From: Nemertoderma westbladi
Lineage: Eukaryota > Animalia > Xenacoelomorpha
Length of the DNA: 64,000 nucleotides
Direction: 5' to 3'
Assembly: GCA_032718475.1 (NCBI GenBank)
Contig: JAUCBJ010007011.1
Coordinates: 1-64,000, forward strand
The notes under the pieces: generated by a model
Database searches by the model: none
Seen by the model: only the letters and a program-made list of their open reading frames with translations
Told to the model about the DNA's origin: nothing
Made by a program: the position numbers and the translations under genes
Shown here: in pieces, positions 24,490 through 36,649 of the stretch
Layout: each line of letters starts with the position of its first letter
Position numbering within the stretch: position 1 is the first letter of the stretch

Positions 24490-25110
24490 TACCAAACGGG
24501 AGGGAGTTCCTAGCAAAGGTGAGGGATACGCTACAGAGTCAGTTTATCCAAAATTGGTGGTCAACCCTAGAGAATTCCCCAAAAGGCGACTTTTATGTCA
24601 AAGATACATTTCGAACCGAACCGTACCTTATAGTTCTTAAAAATTACCCCACTCTGAAACGTACAATAGCTAGTTTCCGATGCACTTCACATAGATTAAA
24701 AATCGAAGAAGGACGTTGGTACAATATCCCACGGTTGAACAGGCTATGTCCAGTATGCAACTTGGGGCGTATTGAATCAGAATACCACTTCCTTCTCGAA
24801 TGCCCAATATACAGTAGCTTACGCGAACAATACCTGCCACCCCAATACAGTAGGTTCCCATCTATGTACAAATACCGTAGGATTCTACAGTACACCGATC
24901 CAACAATAGTTAAAAATCTCTCCCTGTTTTTGTACAACGCGTTTTCACTTCGCTCCATAATTTTAGGCCAAAATTAACATACACTCTAGACGTAGTTACA
25001 ATTCAATTTAAGTATAACTACACTAAATACAATATGCCTTCTGAGATACACTAGTTCCTTCTGGTGAAGGGTTATTATTATTATACTCATCTGGTGCAAT
25101 AAGTTTTGAC
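24490..25110 (+). mobile_element. 5'-truncated non-LTR retrotransposon 3' end (RTE-X-like, C-terminal CCHC zinc knuckle)
   Basis: Translation FRCTSHRLKIEEGRWYNIPRLNRLCPVCNLGRIESEYHFLLECPIYSSLR is the typical post-RT zinc-knuckle tail. Stop at 24977; the 3' boundary is approximate. Confidence 0.7.
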
Positions 25111-25846
25111 TATGTTACAATCAACAATTGTACTTTTTTTTTTGTATATTTTGTACATTTGTATATTTACTTCAACATGTACACAAAATTGTGTACATGT
25201 TGAAGTAAATATACAAATATACCAATGGTATCATTATAGATTGCAAAACTATATTGTACTATTTTGTACTTTATTGTACTTTTTTGTACAGATTCTGGAT
25301 TCGTCGGACCGGACCTTTCAGATTGCAGCTCAATATAATTACTAATAATACACAAAAGCTCCAGGCAGCCAGGTTCTCTCTGATTACAGCTAATAGGCTA
25401 GGCGCTGATCAGCTGATGGTTGCTTGCGCTGGTATCCATACTCATAGATACTGTATCTAAATGTTTTTTTTGTAATTTTAACCTTAACTTTGGACATATT
25501 TATGCCTACAAATTGTCAAGCTTTAATTAAATCCGACAAATTTATTGGCATGTCAAAATCGTAGCTAACGACAACAACTATTTGCTATTATCTGATTATT
25601 GACCCACTAACTTATCGTGTTAGTTCGCCAAGGCTCCGCCAACTTCGTGGCTCGCCCCATACACTCTTCAACAATATGCATTTTACTTTATGTACTAAAT
25701 TAACCCTCACTTTGCTGCATGACCCCCAAACCCAGTTATGGGTTTGCCTTTGCCCCCCACCCCCCCCCCCCCCCCCCCCCAGATTCGGCCTCTGCCCCCC
25801 AGATATTATTATGGTCATCATCAATCATACTGCCATACGGGCCCGA

Positions 25847-26085
25847 TAATAGTAATAATAATAATAATAATAATAATTTATATAGCGCCTTTTGACGTGA
25901 TGATCAAAGGCGCTGCACTGCACAAAATTTAACGATTTAAAATATTTAAAAACATTAAAAAGTATTGCTTTACAAAGAGATCGGTCATTAATGAATTTAA
26001 AAGTTTAAAAACACGCTGAGAAACTTAATTCCCGTATTGCTTTATGAAGAGATGGGTTTTTAGCTGAGCCTTAAACGAATCAAGA
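25847..26085 (-). mobile_element. L2-clade LINE 3' fragment
   Basis: The minus strand encodes DSFKAQLKTHLF, the usual ORF2 end. It terminates in the stem-loop GCGCCTTTGATCATCACGTCAAAAGGCGC, then TATATAAAT and a (TAT)n tail. Confidence 0.75.
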
Positions 26086-26792
26086 GAGGGGGGTCTATTA
26101 TACAGTGGGACAGTGGGATGGCAGATCATCTGCCATCCCACTCCATCCCACTCCATCTGCCGCAGATGGAGGCCCCCAAACAGGAATGAACCGCCCTGTC
26201 ACCTGTACGCTGTACCACAACTCGTCAGATCGTTGGTACCGCCTACCGATCACTTAGAAAATTCTCAATCCAACCCAATAACAGAATAAGTTTACAGCTA
26301 TTCCAAGCTGCCAAGAGTCTCTAGTGAGCTTGTCCAGTAGTCATGTAGTCTGCTAGTTTGTGCAGCAAGCATCGATGTGGTACACAGTGCCTAGTGGTAG
26401 GCCTATCTGACAGTCTGAGTATCTGACACACTAACTGACTGACTGAGAAACACATCATGGTGTGGAGAAGGTAGGAAGCATAACTTTCTATACACAGATG
26501 GTCTTGGATGATACTGATGTTACCGGGGCAACCTGATCCGATCCCCTATTGGCTATTTACCTAACAGACAGTTATGTAAATATTTTCTCAATGTTTTACA
26601 ATGTTAACAATTTCTACAATAAGATCATTTCAATAAGTCAATGAACCGAAAATTTTTTTTATTACGTAGGCCTACTAATAAGCTACTATATTATTTTATT
26701 ACACTTTCAGTTAACCTTAGCAAAACTCTCTGTTGGATGTTGGGAGAACCAAGTGATATTGAAAGAAGAACAATTATTCTCATATCGCACAG

Positions 26793-26824
26793 TGTTCGAT
26801 CTTCTAGCAAACAGAGACAAACAG
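26793..26824 (+). CDS. ANKAR: ANKAR-like gene, candidate 32-bp internal exon ((V)FDLLANRDKQ)
   Basis: cacag|TG...CAG|gtactt. Its phase-0 end joins the next exon (VKLMALMAIATFAFNN) to give a continuous ARM-like helix pair. Confidence 0.55.
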
Positions 26825-26939
26825 GTACTTGAGATTGATACCATTCAGCCAATATTGATTTTTTGTATTCCTGATATTGTTTATTTACATTCTACCGGTA
26901 CAAAGCCAAACTGCACAGCACATTTTACATATTTAAACA

Positions 26940-27508
26940 CGGTAGGCATGTTACCAATTGGGGTGTCGTTTCAGCCTATTTTAACATATATTTAATTTAA
27001 TTTATCGCGAATATTTATTTTCTATATTCACCATTTAAGGTACCTTTTAAAGGAAAGTAGCAGGTTATAATGGCAGGTTTTTGAGAACCAAAAACAATAA
27101 ACTAAATCAATTTAGGTATACAGTTTACAGTAAAATCTTTACTTATAGGCAATACAGTTATCTTTAAATATTAATTTACCATTAACCCTATGAGAAGGCT
27201 GAAACGACACCCCAATTGGCGATTTGCGTACTACTACTACTACTAGGATCGGCATGCTGCATTGCAGCTGCATTTTTAAGAATGCTGTGCCAGCTTATCG
27301 ACAAAATTGCACCGCCACAACTCCCTATCACCCATGACATTTGCTAGATCATCCACATCTTCAAGGCCAGTGTCCTTTAAGATGCGTCTCAAGAAAGTCA
27401 TGGGCTGTCCACCATGCTTATTCACTCCATGAGGCTGCCAAAGTACAAGATTATGCACTGGCTGGTCCTCACGGCGAAAGCAATGTCCTGCAAAATTTGC
27501 GTACAGTA
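26940..27508. mobile_element. MITE with a 24-bp perfect inverted repeat; right terminus interrupted by a retro-insertion
   Basis: CCAATTGGGGTGTCGTTTCAGCCT (26954-26977) is inverted at 27196-27219. The inversion continues imperfectly to ACAGTA (~27508) once 27232-27504 is removed. Confidence 0.6.
27232..27494 (-). mobile_element. ~260-bp RTE-LINE 3'-end insertion, copy 1
   Basis: The minus strand encodes FAGHCFRREDQPVHNLVLWQPHG...MGDRELW and has a (TAG)n tail. TSD ATTTGCGTAC at 27222-27231 and 27495-27504. Confidence 0.88.
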
Positions 27509-27713
27509 AGCGTCATCATGTTAATACTGCACACAATTTATATTATTTGTCAAAATTATAATGTCAATGTAAAATGTTCTAATCGAAATGTAATGCATAT
27601 ACTGAAAACAATGCCAATAATAGGGCCTACTAGCTACTACTGTACATTTATTTACCAGGTAATTTTCTGATTGGGTAACTATTATGTACACAAGTATGTA
27701 CTTGTGTGTAAAG

Positions 27714-28294
27714 TAGCACTTTACAGTGTGATGATCCGAGTGGCTTTGTTACACGAACGAACGTTAGTGAGTGAGGGAAAATAAAGCCACGAGGATCAGG
27801 TATGTAGTTTTATTCCAAAATTTTAACATTTCGAAATGATTGTACATATACATTATAAGTGATAGAAACTGCACAAATTATATTAGTTGCTGTATAAATA
27901 TATGTAAAAATGACATAAATTATGTTATAAATAAGTTAGCTTATATTTATGGTGGCGTTTGGAGCCATGTTATAATAATATAGGCCTAGTTAGGCCCTAC
28001 TGATTATTAATAGCTACACCCCGCCTACCGGTAGGTATTGCAATAGGCCTATCTGGCTGTCAAGCAAATTTCCACCTATTGTTACGTGGTATCCAATGAC
28101 GGCGTTAAGTAATGTCCCCTTAGTGGACATTACTTAACGCCGTCATGGGTTACCACGTAAACAATGACACCAAATACAATACTAAATGTACAGGCCAATA
28201 CAATGCTGTAATGTCCTCTAAAGTTGTAAAGTGCTAAATAACAACTCGCTGTTAATAATAACGGCGTGAGTAATGTTACAATTTTGGAATAAAA
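27714..28294. repeat. Palindrome-rich interspersed repeat with a long central hairpin (28079-28164)
   Basis: ATGACGGCGTTAAGTAATGTCC..GGACATTACTTAACGCCGTCAT hairpin. TTTATTCCAAAATTTTAACATT (~27809) is inverted at ~28272-28294, and TAGCACTTTACA (27714) is inverted at ~28225. Confidence 0.6.
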
Positions 28295-28348
28295 TATATA
28301 CATTATTTTATTATTATATTAAAAAAATCATTTCCTTTCACATTGTAG

Positions 28349-28504
28349 GTAAAGTTGATGGCTCTTATGGCGATCGCAACATTTGCATTCAACAACACAA
28401 CCTCTCAGAATGAAATTAAATCACTCGGTGGAATTTCTATACACAATTTTATTCCCTACCTGGAGAGTAACATAGAAAGTTTCCAAGCATCGGCTGCCTT
28501 CCAG
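28349..28504 (+). CDS. ANKAR: ANKAR-like armadillo-repeat protein, internal exon
   Basis: ttgtag|GTA...CAG|gtccg, 156 nt, VKLMALMAIATFAFNNTTSQNEIKSLGGI...QASAAFQ. Confidence 0.8.
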
Positions 28505-30159
28505 GTCCGTTGGAAGTATCTACTGTATATGTGTAGGTACAATGGTACATACAGTATGTAGGTAGAGTACAGTATGTATGTTACTATGTTACCGTTAATT
28601 ACATACGGATACGTGTGTATTAACTGAACTGTATAAGAGACATTATGGGTGTTATGTATGTATGTATGTATATTATCGACTACTATGTAGAATAATAATT
28701 GCACAGAGAAATAGTTCACAGATGATTTGCAAATTTACAGTAGTATGTTAAGCAAATTGCACGAAAATAATACTTTATAAATGTAGCAGTCCGATCGAAG
28801 AGAATAGTATTTGAAGCAAATATAGTAACTGAATATATAAAACGGATTTATTAGTTTTGTGAATGTATAGTGAATTACTGAAAAATATAGATATAAATAC
28901 GAATGTAAAAAAAACTTAGAATTTAAAGCAAAATATAGTGACTGGATATATAAAAACGGGTGTATAAATTTCGTAATTAAAGTAAATATAATGGCTGAAT
29001 GTATAAAGTGGATGTAAGATTATATCGCTTGAATGACCTGTCGAATGCATGACCTATAAATATGCTGCACTGTACGCATTATAATATAATAATAATAATA
29101 TTGTATATATATTAAAGATGTATTATATAGGGTAGGTCTAATCGAACGTGTAATGTATTTAATATATAATAATAAATAGATAGTGTTACTAATATATAAT
29201 ATAATTTTATGTAATAAATAGTTAATATATAAATATAGTTAATATTGAATTGTTTTGTTACTAATATAGTAAATAATAATAAATAGATACGGTAATATAA
29301 TATATAGTTTCTTAGGGGTTAGCCTGCCGTGTTACAATCAGGATCACTACAGTATCCCGTAATTATTTTTTTCTATATGTAAAACTTTACTTTACCTTGC
29401 TGTCCCCAGTGATTTGTTACATGAGCAAAAGTTAGGTAGTTTAAAATACGGTTAATTTAAAATACATTGCAACTTATGAACTTTCAGTAGTAGTCCTACT
29501 GTACTAATCCAAAATAGTAATAGGGGGCCTTCTGTATTACGGAAATACAGTAGCTATATACATACAGTAATACAGTATCAATATTTTATTGTATTAAAAA
29601 AAATTGTTTTATTTAGTGAAGTGAACTGATACTGCAGAGCATAAGACTTAGTATTAATTTTAGAAAATCTTTCATGGTTAATACTGTAACTTAAGGAATT
29701 ATTGAAAAATTAAGTTTCCGCAGTACAGTAGGCTTACTTGCAGTAATTTTGCAGTAGGCCTACTTCACACAACAGTAGTGTTTCTAAAAAAAATTCACGT
29801 TAAAAATATGATAGATAGTACTTTGAAATTATTAATCAAACCAAACTACAGTAAAGAAATGTTTATCGAGAACCGCTGCACCTTTTTTTTTAACGTTTAT
29901 AGCTAAAGATTAAAGCAAAAAGGTTTTGACCCACCCGGGAAAGGAGGACGGGTGTGAAAATACCGTAAATCTATTTCAAATATCATTTTCATGCGATCAC
30001 ATTATTAAAGTTTTTAGAATTGTAGGGGAGGGCTAACCACTGGGGCGGGGGGGGGGGATACCTACCTCTATGACTTTTAATTGATAATTTTAGAGCGTTT
30101 TTATTCATGTAATTAATGTTTTACTAAGTATGAATCATTTAATATCTTTTTCTTTACAG

Positions 30160-30387
30160 ATGACAGTACTAGCGCGAGTGATACCCGAGGAAGATATAGT
30201 TTCCTTAACATCGGTATCGGTGAAACTTCTATCAGCTCTCCTCCGATCTACATTACCGGAATCTCGTGTGCTGGCCGCGCGGTTCGTTGCTAGTATAGCG
30301 CACACTCGCGCCGGAGTTCCTGACGCACTCATCACTTCCGGTGCCGTGGAAGCCTGTATAAACAATCTGGAGCACACCAGTGAACAG
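30160..30387 (+). CDS. ANKAR: ANKAR-like armadillo-repeat protein, internal exon
   Basis: tttacag|ATG...CAG|gttgg, 228 nt, MTVLARVI...ASIAHTRAGVPDALITSGAVE; the AHTRAGxP motif is recognised from the ANKAR C-terminal ARM region. Confidence 0.85.
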
Positions 30388-30551
30388 GTTGGAGACAAAA
30401 TCGATATATTGGAAAGGAATTCAATTCATAATTTCTGATTTTCGAGTTGCTATAGCCACTCTGAATACGCGCGAAGATTAATTCGAATAATAATAACTAA
30501 AATAAAAAGAATAAGACTTACTGTAGCAATTCGAACGTACGTAAGTTGTCA

Positions 30552-30583
<32 letters not shown>

Positions 30584-31411
30584 GGGGGGTTCAGTCCTGT
30601 AATTGACATTAGAACTTCGAACATTACTGTTTGGGATTCGGCGCCATCCCCTTATATTTTCCAACTATTGGTATTTTGAAAACCGCGTATAAGGGCGAGC
30701 TTGAAACGAAATTTTTTTCAATATTGCTAAAAATTATCAAATGTAAAGTAATTCACACCCTAATTGGTCTGCTCTGTAGACACAAATAACAGGTTTGATA
30801 AAACATCATATTTAGTCCTAGACTTTTGCCTATTTGCTGCAACATTTTAACTTCAAAATTTAAGTAAGTTGACATTTTTTTTTGCCCTAAGGGAACCGAC
30901 TTCTGAAACAGGCCCTTCTCTCAACTTGATAAGTTTCGGATATTCTGGGTAAACAATTAAATTTGAAACTTGTATAATACGAGTTTGATAATAATGAAAG
31001 TAGCCATGATCTATATAATATTGGGCACGGCGCACGCACAACTAAAAAAAACAGGAATGGACATAAAAATATCTACAAAAAATAATCTAAAACAATTAAT
31101 AAAGATAAATTTAAAAAAATAAAAAATCTTAATGTATAAAATTCAAATAAAAAGTCGACCGAAAAGTGAAATCCTGGTATTCTTCACATGGGCGAAAACT
31201 AAGAACTCATTGGAAAAGCTGGCCTTGCAAGGTTTCCTAATCTAAGTGACTTGAAGATTAGCCACGATATACTGTAGAGTAGGTGGAATGTATTTTATCA
31301 AAGTCAGAAAATACTGGGAGCGGGACACCCTAAATCGCTTTTATTATAAAATGTGCGAGGCAATTTAGTCTGTTAGTGTAGTTACCTACTGAAACCTTTA
31401 CCTTTCTTCAG

Positions 31412-31568
31412 GTACGACAAGCTGCAGCTGTAGCATTGGGTTACCTAACCTTTAACCGGACCGGGATGCGTGCTCTACTGACTGCGTGCAGGAGTCAACT
31501 GGATCTATTTGAACGACTTATGGAGAATTTGGAACCGTCTGATGGGTTGATTAGCAAGGAATTTACAG
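31412..31568 (+). CDS. ANKAR: ANKAR-like armadillo-repeat protein, internal exon
   Basis: ttcttcag|GTA...ACAG|gttct, 157 nt, VRQAAAVALGYLTFNRTGMRALLTACR...ISKEFT; phase 1 matches the last exon. Confidence 0.85.
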
Positions 31569-31789
31569 GTTCTCAATTCTGTTACGTATGATTTTTTGAA
31601 AACGTAAATATAAATATGTCGTTTATTCCACAGTTAGAACATTACTTAAACACGTTTAATATAAAATATGTAGCATATCACATTTACAACTGTACATTCA
31701 ATATACAGGAGGAAGTAATGTACAGTATAGTTTACCAGCATTGTACTGTAAACAAGTTATTTTCTCGAAAAAATGTGTTTCCCTGACAA

Positions 31790-32015
31790 AAAGACTGACT
31801 AGTTTTTACAAACATCAGAAACTGACATCGGAAATGAAATCAGCGACCAGGAAAACCCCCATAGCTAAACTTTTAGCTACTGCAAGTCGAGTGTTTTATT
31901 ATATTTTGACGGGCAAACAAACAGACAGACAGAAGGGCAGACAGGCATACTTAAAAATATTTTGCCAAACTGGAAAACTGACATCAGTAATGAAATCAAC
32001 GACACGAAATCCCTC
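31790..32015. repeat. Second locus of the (CTGT)n-associated repeat family seen at 1180-2065, reverse orientation
   Basis: GAAACTGACATCGGAAATGAAATCAGCGACCAGGAAAACCCC and ACAGACAGACAG. Confidence 0.7.
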
Positions 32016-32270
32016 GTATTCAAAATTCCAGCTGTCCGCTTCCTTAAAAACATTCATAAATGACTATTTTAGTGAATTCGTATTGGCAGAGACATAAGTT
32101 TTTGCGCGGGAAAGTACACTATACTGTATTACACGTACTCGTTGCAAAGTATTTATTTATATTCCATAATAACTATTGCAAAGTCTCTGGCAAAACAATT
32201 AACACGGAGATGCGGCGTACAACATGAGCAGTATATAAAATGACGTTTTTCATTTTAATTGTATTTTCAG

Positions 32271-32641
32271 ATGAGATTCGAGTGAATAAGATAATTGGTA
32301 TTCCATCGGAGCACCTTGAATGTAACGGAGGACCACCTGTACAGACGGACGCTAGGCCAATCAGCGCCGCCATGCGGCTAGCACTGCGGCGAACTCGCAG
32401 AATACGGTCGGCCTCGGAACCGAAACCACAACGCTTCACCCTGCGCTCGGCCCCGCAATCCTCCGGGTTTACTAAGTCGCCCAAGGTTGAAGGCGGTCGG
32501 ACTATCCGGAGCGCGCTAGCGGGACCCCAGCGGGGGGACCGGAGACACCGATCGGTTACTATATCGGTGGAATCGGTGGAAGGTGATTCGGTTTGTGTTC
32601 GGGAAGAGGAAGGGAATTATACTGTTGTCTTTGATGGATAG
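32271..32641 (+). CDS. ANKAR: ANKAR-like protein, terminal coding exon
   Basis: attttcag|AT gives (D)EIRVNKIIGIPSEHLECNGGPPV...; stop TAG at 32639-32641. Confidence 0.8.
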
Positions 32642-34739
32642 CTCGGTTCGATAGGATCAAACGAAACCCATCAGCTAACAGTACTGTAGGCCTATTATAT
32701 AAATTTATTACATTAATTATAATGACTTTCTATTTAAATATAGTACAAACATTTTCTCATATTGCCATTCAAAGAAAAAATTATACAGTACTGTAGGATA
32801 TAATTATATGATATTATTAATGCCAATACGTTTTAATTAAATGTATCTTACAGTATAATGATAACTATTATTTTCCAATTATTTTATATCCTTATTTACA
32901 AACAATATATTTATCGCTTACTAAATGGAACCATATTTATTAGTAATTCCAATTGTTTGTTTATGACACTCATAACTTCTAACAGATCTGATGAAAAATA
33001 TTAACCTAAATAAGTTGTTTTCGCCTTGAGCGCGTCGTAGAGATTCGTTTCGTTTGTGATATTATAGGCAACACTGTCAATCATCAACTCGGTAGTTATT
33101 TGCTTGTTATCTTTTTTTCCTTTCATAATATGGATATTAATCTCCTAGTACCTACATACAAACTAAGGTATATAGAAAGTAGCTTAAAATCTAAGTAAAT
33201 GTTAAGTTGTAGTAACAAAGCCAACATCACACTTGATGTTCGAAATGTATTGTAAAATAACAAATTGTTAATACTGTACCTGTTATGAAGATACAGTAAT
33301 ATATTATAAGTCAAACATAACTATATTTAGATGATAGTGTGCAAAATAGTACTTTACATGATTACAGCAGGACATGGATTAGGCCACCTTTTCCTGAGGG
33401 AAATACAGAAGGATGCTGTATTTTAAAAAAATATTGATAACTCTTGTATCAAGTGATACGGGCACCGGGTGTGTGTGTAACATTAATGTTCTCTGAACCA
33501 TTCTACAGTATTTAAAAACTTTGTCGAAAACTAATTATTTTATTGTTTTGGTTAGATTCAGCCATGATCTACTAAAGATAACTAATACCTTTAGTAGGTC
33601 ATGATTCAGCCCATCTGTAACCTGGGTTTTTAGTGAAAATCTGGTATTTTTCACATGGGGTAAACTGTAAATTGAAATATAACAAGCAGCTGAAATTCTG
33701 ACATTTCTTCTTCACACGGGCCAATTTTCAGGTAAAATTAGTGAAAAATTGTTTTTAACTAATTTTCAGGAAAATTAGTTCAAAAGGTTAGAATAATTAA
33801 TTCACTAATTATTGTTAAAAATATTAGTGAGAAATATATTAAACTATTAATAGTAATGAAGTAATCGACCACTTTATTACAGTTCTCGTATCTTATAATC
33901 AAATCCACGCTAATATTTTGAAACGACTGAACATTATAAATCCAATAAAACGGGCGATATCCTGAAACCAAATTAATAGGTCCAGCCCAGTAATCGAATA
34001 ACATACAGACAGATTAAAAACTGAAACAACGTCCAAGCTAGCTGGTACCGGTACCGATCGGAGATGCCCTAGAAGATGAGTATGTAAGTAGGGTACTAAT
34101 AAAATAATACGGCCTACTACAGTACTAAATTTTTTTTTTTTTTTTTTTTTTTTTGGGACTGTTACTGATGTATATTGGATTGAGACAAATACAAACAATA
34201 AAAAAACCAACACAAAACAAACAATGGCTGTAATACCCACCACCGGGAAACAATCATACTTTAAAAATATCTTTTAGGTAGGAGTGGGAAAAGTCCAACA
34301 ATATATTATTTACAGGTTTATTAGGCTACAGTACTAAATGTTCTCATCGCACTACAGCACTACCAGACTACTGTACTACTGTCAGACATAACACTACATC
34401 ACTAGGTTATTACCGGTTGCGCCGGTCTTGGCTCAATGCAGTTTCAGGTACCCACACTTTTTCTTACTTGTACTGCAGTGATGTTGCAAACCACCTTTTG
34501 TCAGACAGTTACCGGTACACTATCATACTGCCATAATAGGCCTATGATAACCATTTATTCTTGTAAAGATGGTTTGGTTTATTATTTTGGTTCGGGTTAG
34601 TTGGTCAGGTCTCAACCCTAATTAAAACTGTAATGTAACCCGAAGTCATAATCTAAGAAATGTAGCGGAATTTCTGACATTATTACCATAAGGATAAGGC
34701 CCGACAGCCCGAAGGGCCGTTAATGGACATCTGGACATG

Positions 34740-35990
34740 GTTAATGGAATAGTAGTCGACACCATCTGACCATGTGGGCTCATATCAGAAACAACTTATT
34801 GATTTCCAACCAACAATATGGATTTCAGAAAGGTCGCTCTTGTCAGGTTGTTCACTCCAATTACTAGACGTTATAGGCAGATAGGCCTATTCAACTGGTC
34901 GCTTGCGCTTGACAACCATCAATGTATAGACTGATAGATGTGGCATACTTAGACTTCTCCAAAGCATTTGACGCTGTCCCCCACACCCATTTACTACGCA
35001 AGTTGGAATCTATTGCTGTATTGGTATCAGTGGAAACCTGTTACTTTGGATCGCTAACTTTCTCAGCGATCGGTACCAACGTGTTGTGGTAGAAGGAGAG
35101 GCGTCAGATTGGCTACCTGTTACCAGCGGTGTCCCTTAAGGTAGTGTTGCTGCCGTTTCTATTATTCTTGTCATTCGTAAATGATGTTCCATCACTTATA
35201 AACCAGCTTCTGTAACTATGCTGACGATATTAAGGACTCTTGCATATTCAACATATCTCCAAAAACATCTACTGGACCACTGCAATCTGATCTGAACATC
35301 CTGTTTAACTGGAGCGTTGTCTGGCAACTTGGCTTTAACTTAAAAAAATGCAAGGTCATGCACTTGGGCCACAAAAATCCCGAATTCCCTTACGAAATTG
35401 GCAGCCACACGCTAGCAGTCACAGATTGTGAAAAGCACCTTGGTGTCACGTTCCAGAATAATCTCTCCTTCCACGTGTATATAGCTACAATACAATAGTT
35501 AAGAAAGCGAACCGTGCTCTTGGCCTAATCAGTCGCAGTTTCCACTGTATGGTCACCCCATCAAATTGGCGAAATATGACTTTTAGAGTCGATTCAACGC
35601 CGGGCTACGAGACTCCTACCTTCTCTTGCGGCGACCTGCCGTATCCAACCAGACTCAAGCGACTCGGTCTGCCAACACTCGAGTACCGCCGTCTCCGTGC
35701 CGATCTAATACAAGTTTACCGCTATCTGTCGGGGCTCGAGGCAGTTGACTGGAGCGGAAAACTCACACTGTCATCCACTGGTCTCCGTGGACATTCACGA
35801 AAACTGGTGAAGCCGCGCGCGCGTCTGTTGGTACGCAACACTACCTTCCACTTTACAGGGTTGTTGATCGTGGAACTCACTAACTGACCCCGCGGTTACC
35901 GCACCGACCATAAACTCCTTCAAAGCGAGGCTGAACGACCATTTTAAGGGCCATCATTTGAAATTTACTCCTTCATGTCTAACATAAAAC
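34740..35990 (+). pseudogene. Degenerate CR1-clade LINE ORF2 (RT and C-terminus) with stops and frameshifts
   Basis: Motifs in shifting frames: QYGFQKGRSC, DVAYLDFSKAFDAVPH, SGVP*GS, YADD, KKCKVMHLG, EKHLGV, RLKRLGLPTLEYRRLRADLIQVYR, RGHSRKL. Confidence 0.85.
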
Positions 35991-36649
35991 TTTTTATACA
36001 TTCATGTACAATTAATTTTGTGATCATCTGATTAACTTGATCCAGCATAATAGTTTTTTATATAAATTTATATATATATTTTACTGATGTCTTATTCCGT
36101 TTTTACGTTTTATCATTTTAAACCTTTTATACTTTTTAAATTTTTACTTTGTCCTGTTTGCACTTTAACTCTATTAATATACTTATTTGTTCCTCATGGT
36201 TGTATTCCGTTTTTCATTCTTTTTTAATAATTATAATTAATCTATGGTTGTTATCTTACATTCTATAGACCTCCTTTGTCTTTATGTTTGTATCTAGTTT
36301 TTCATTTCATTTGTTAAATTGTTGTATATATGATCGTTATGTGATCGTTGTGATATGTTGAATCTTGTCTTATTGGTCTTTCCGACGGTTATATTGAATG
36401 ATTTTAGTAGTTTTTTTTAGATTATTTTTCATGTTCGAACCTTTTAGTCATAGTTTCACTTATTTTTATTGTTAATTTTACTTTCACAATCACAGATAGG
36501 GGGGGGGGGGGGGGGGGGAACTGGACGCAATAAATATTCATCCCTCTCCAGGGGAAATTGGACGAAAATAACAGCTGATTACTCTCAAAAATAAAACTGA
36601 ACCTGTTCTATTGTGTTTAGTTTATTGTTTTGGTTAAAATAACGTGTCA

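Noticed and set aside
25291-25371. Possible extra ANKAR exon (tttttgtacag...CAG|gttctc)
   Set aside because: Two frames have stops and the open frame (FWIRRTGPFRLQ...) does not resemble ARM repeats.
30567-30588. Poly-G tracts (also ~25761-25780 as poly-C and ~36499-36518) as regulatory elements
   Set aside because: They are simple homopolymers of uncertain length with no supporting context.
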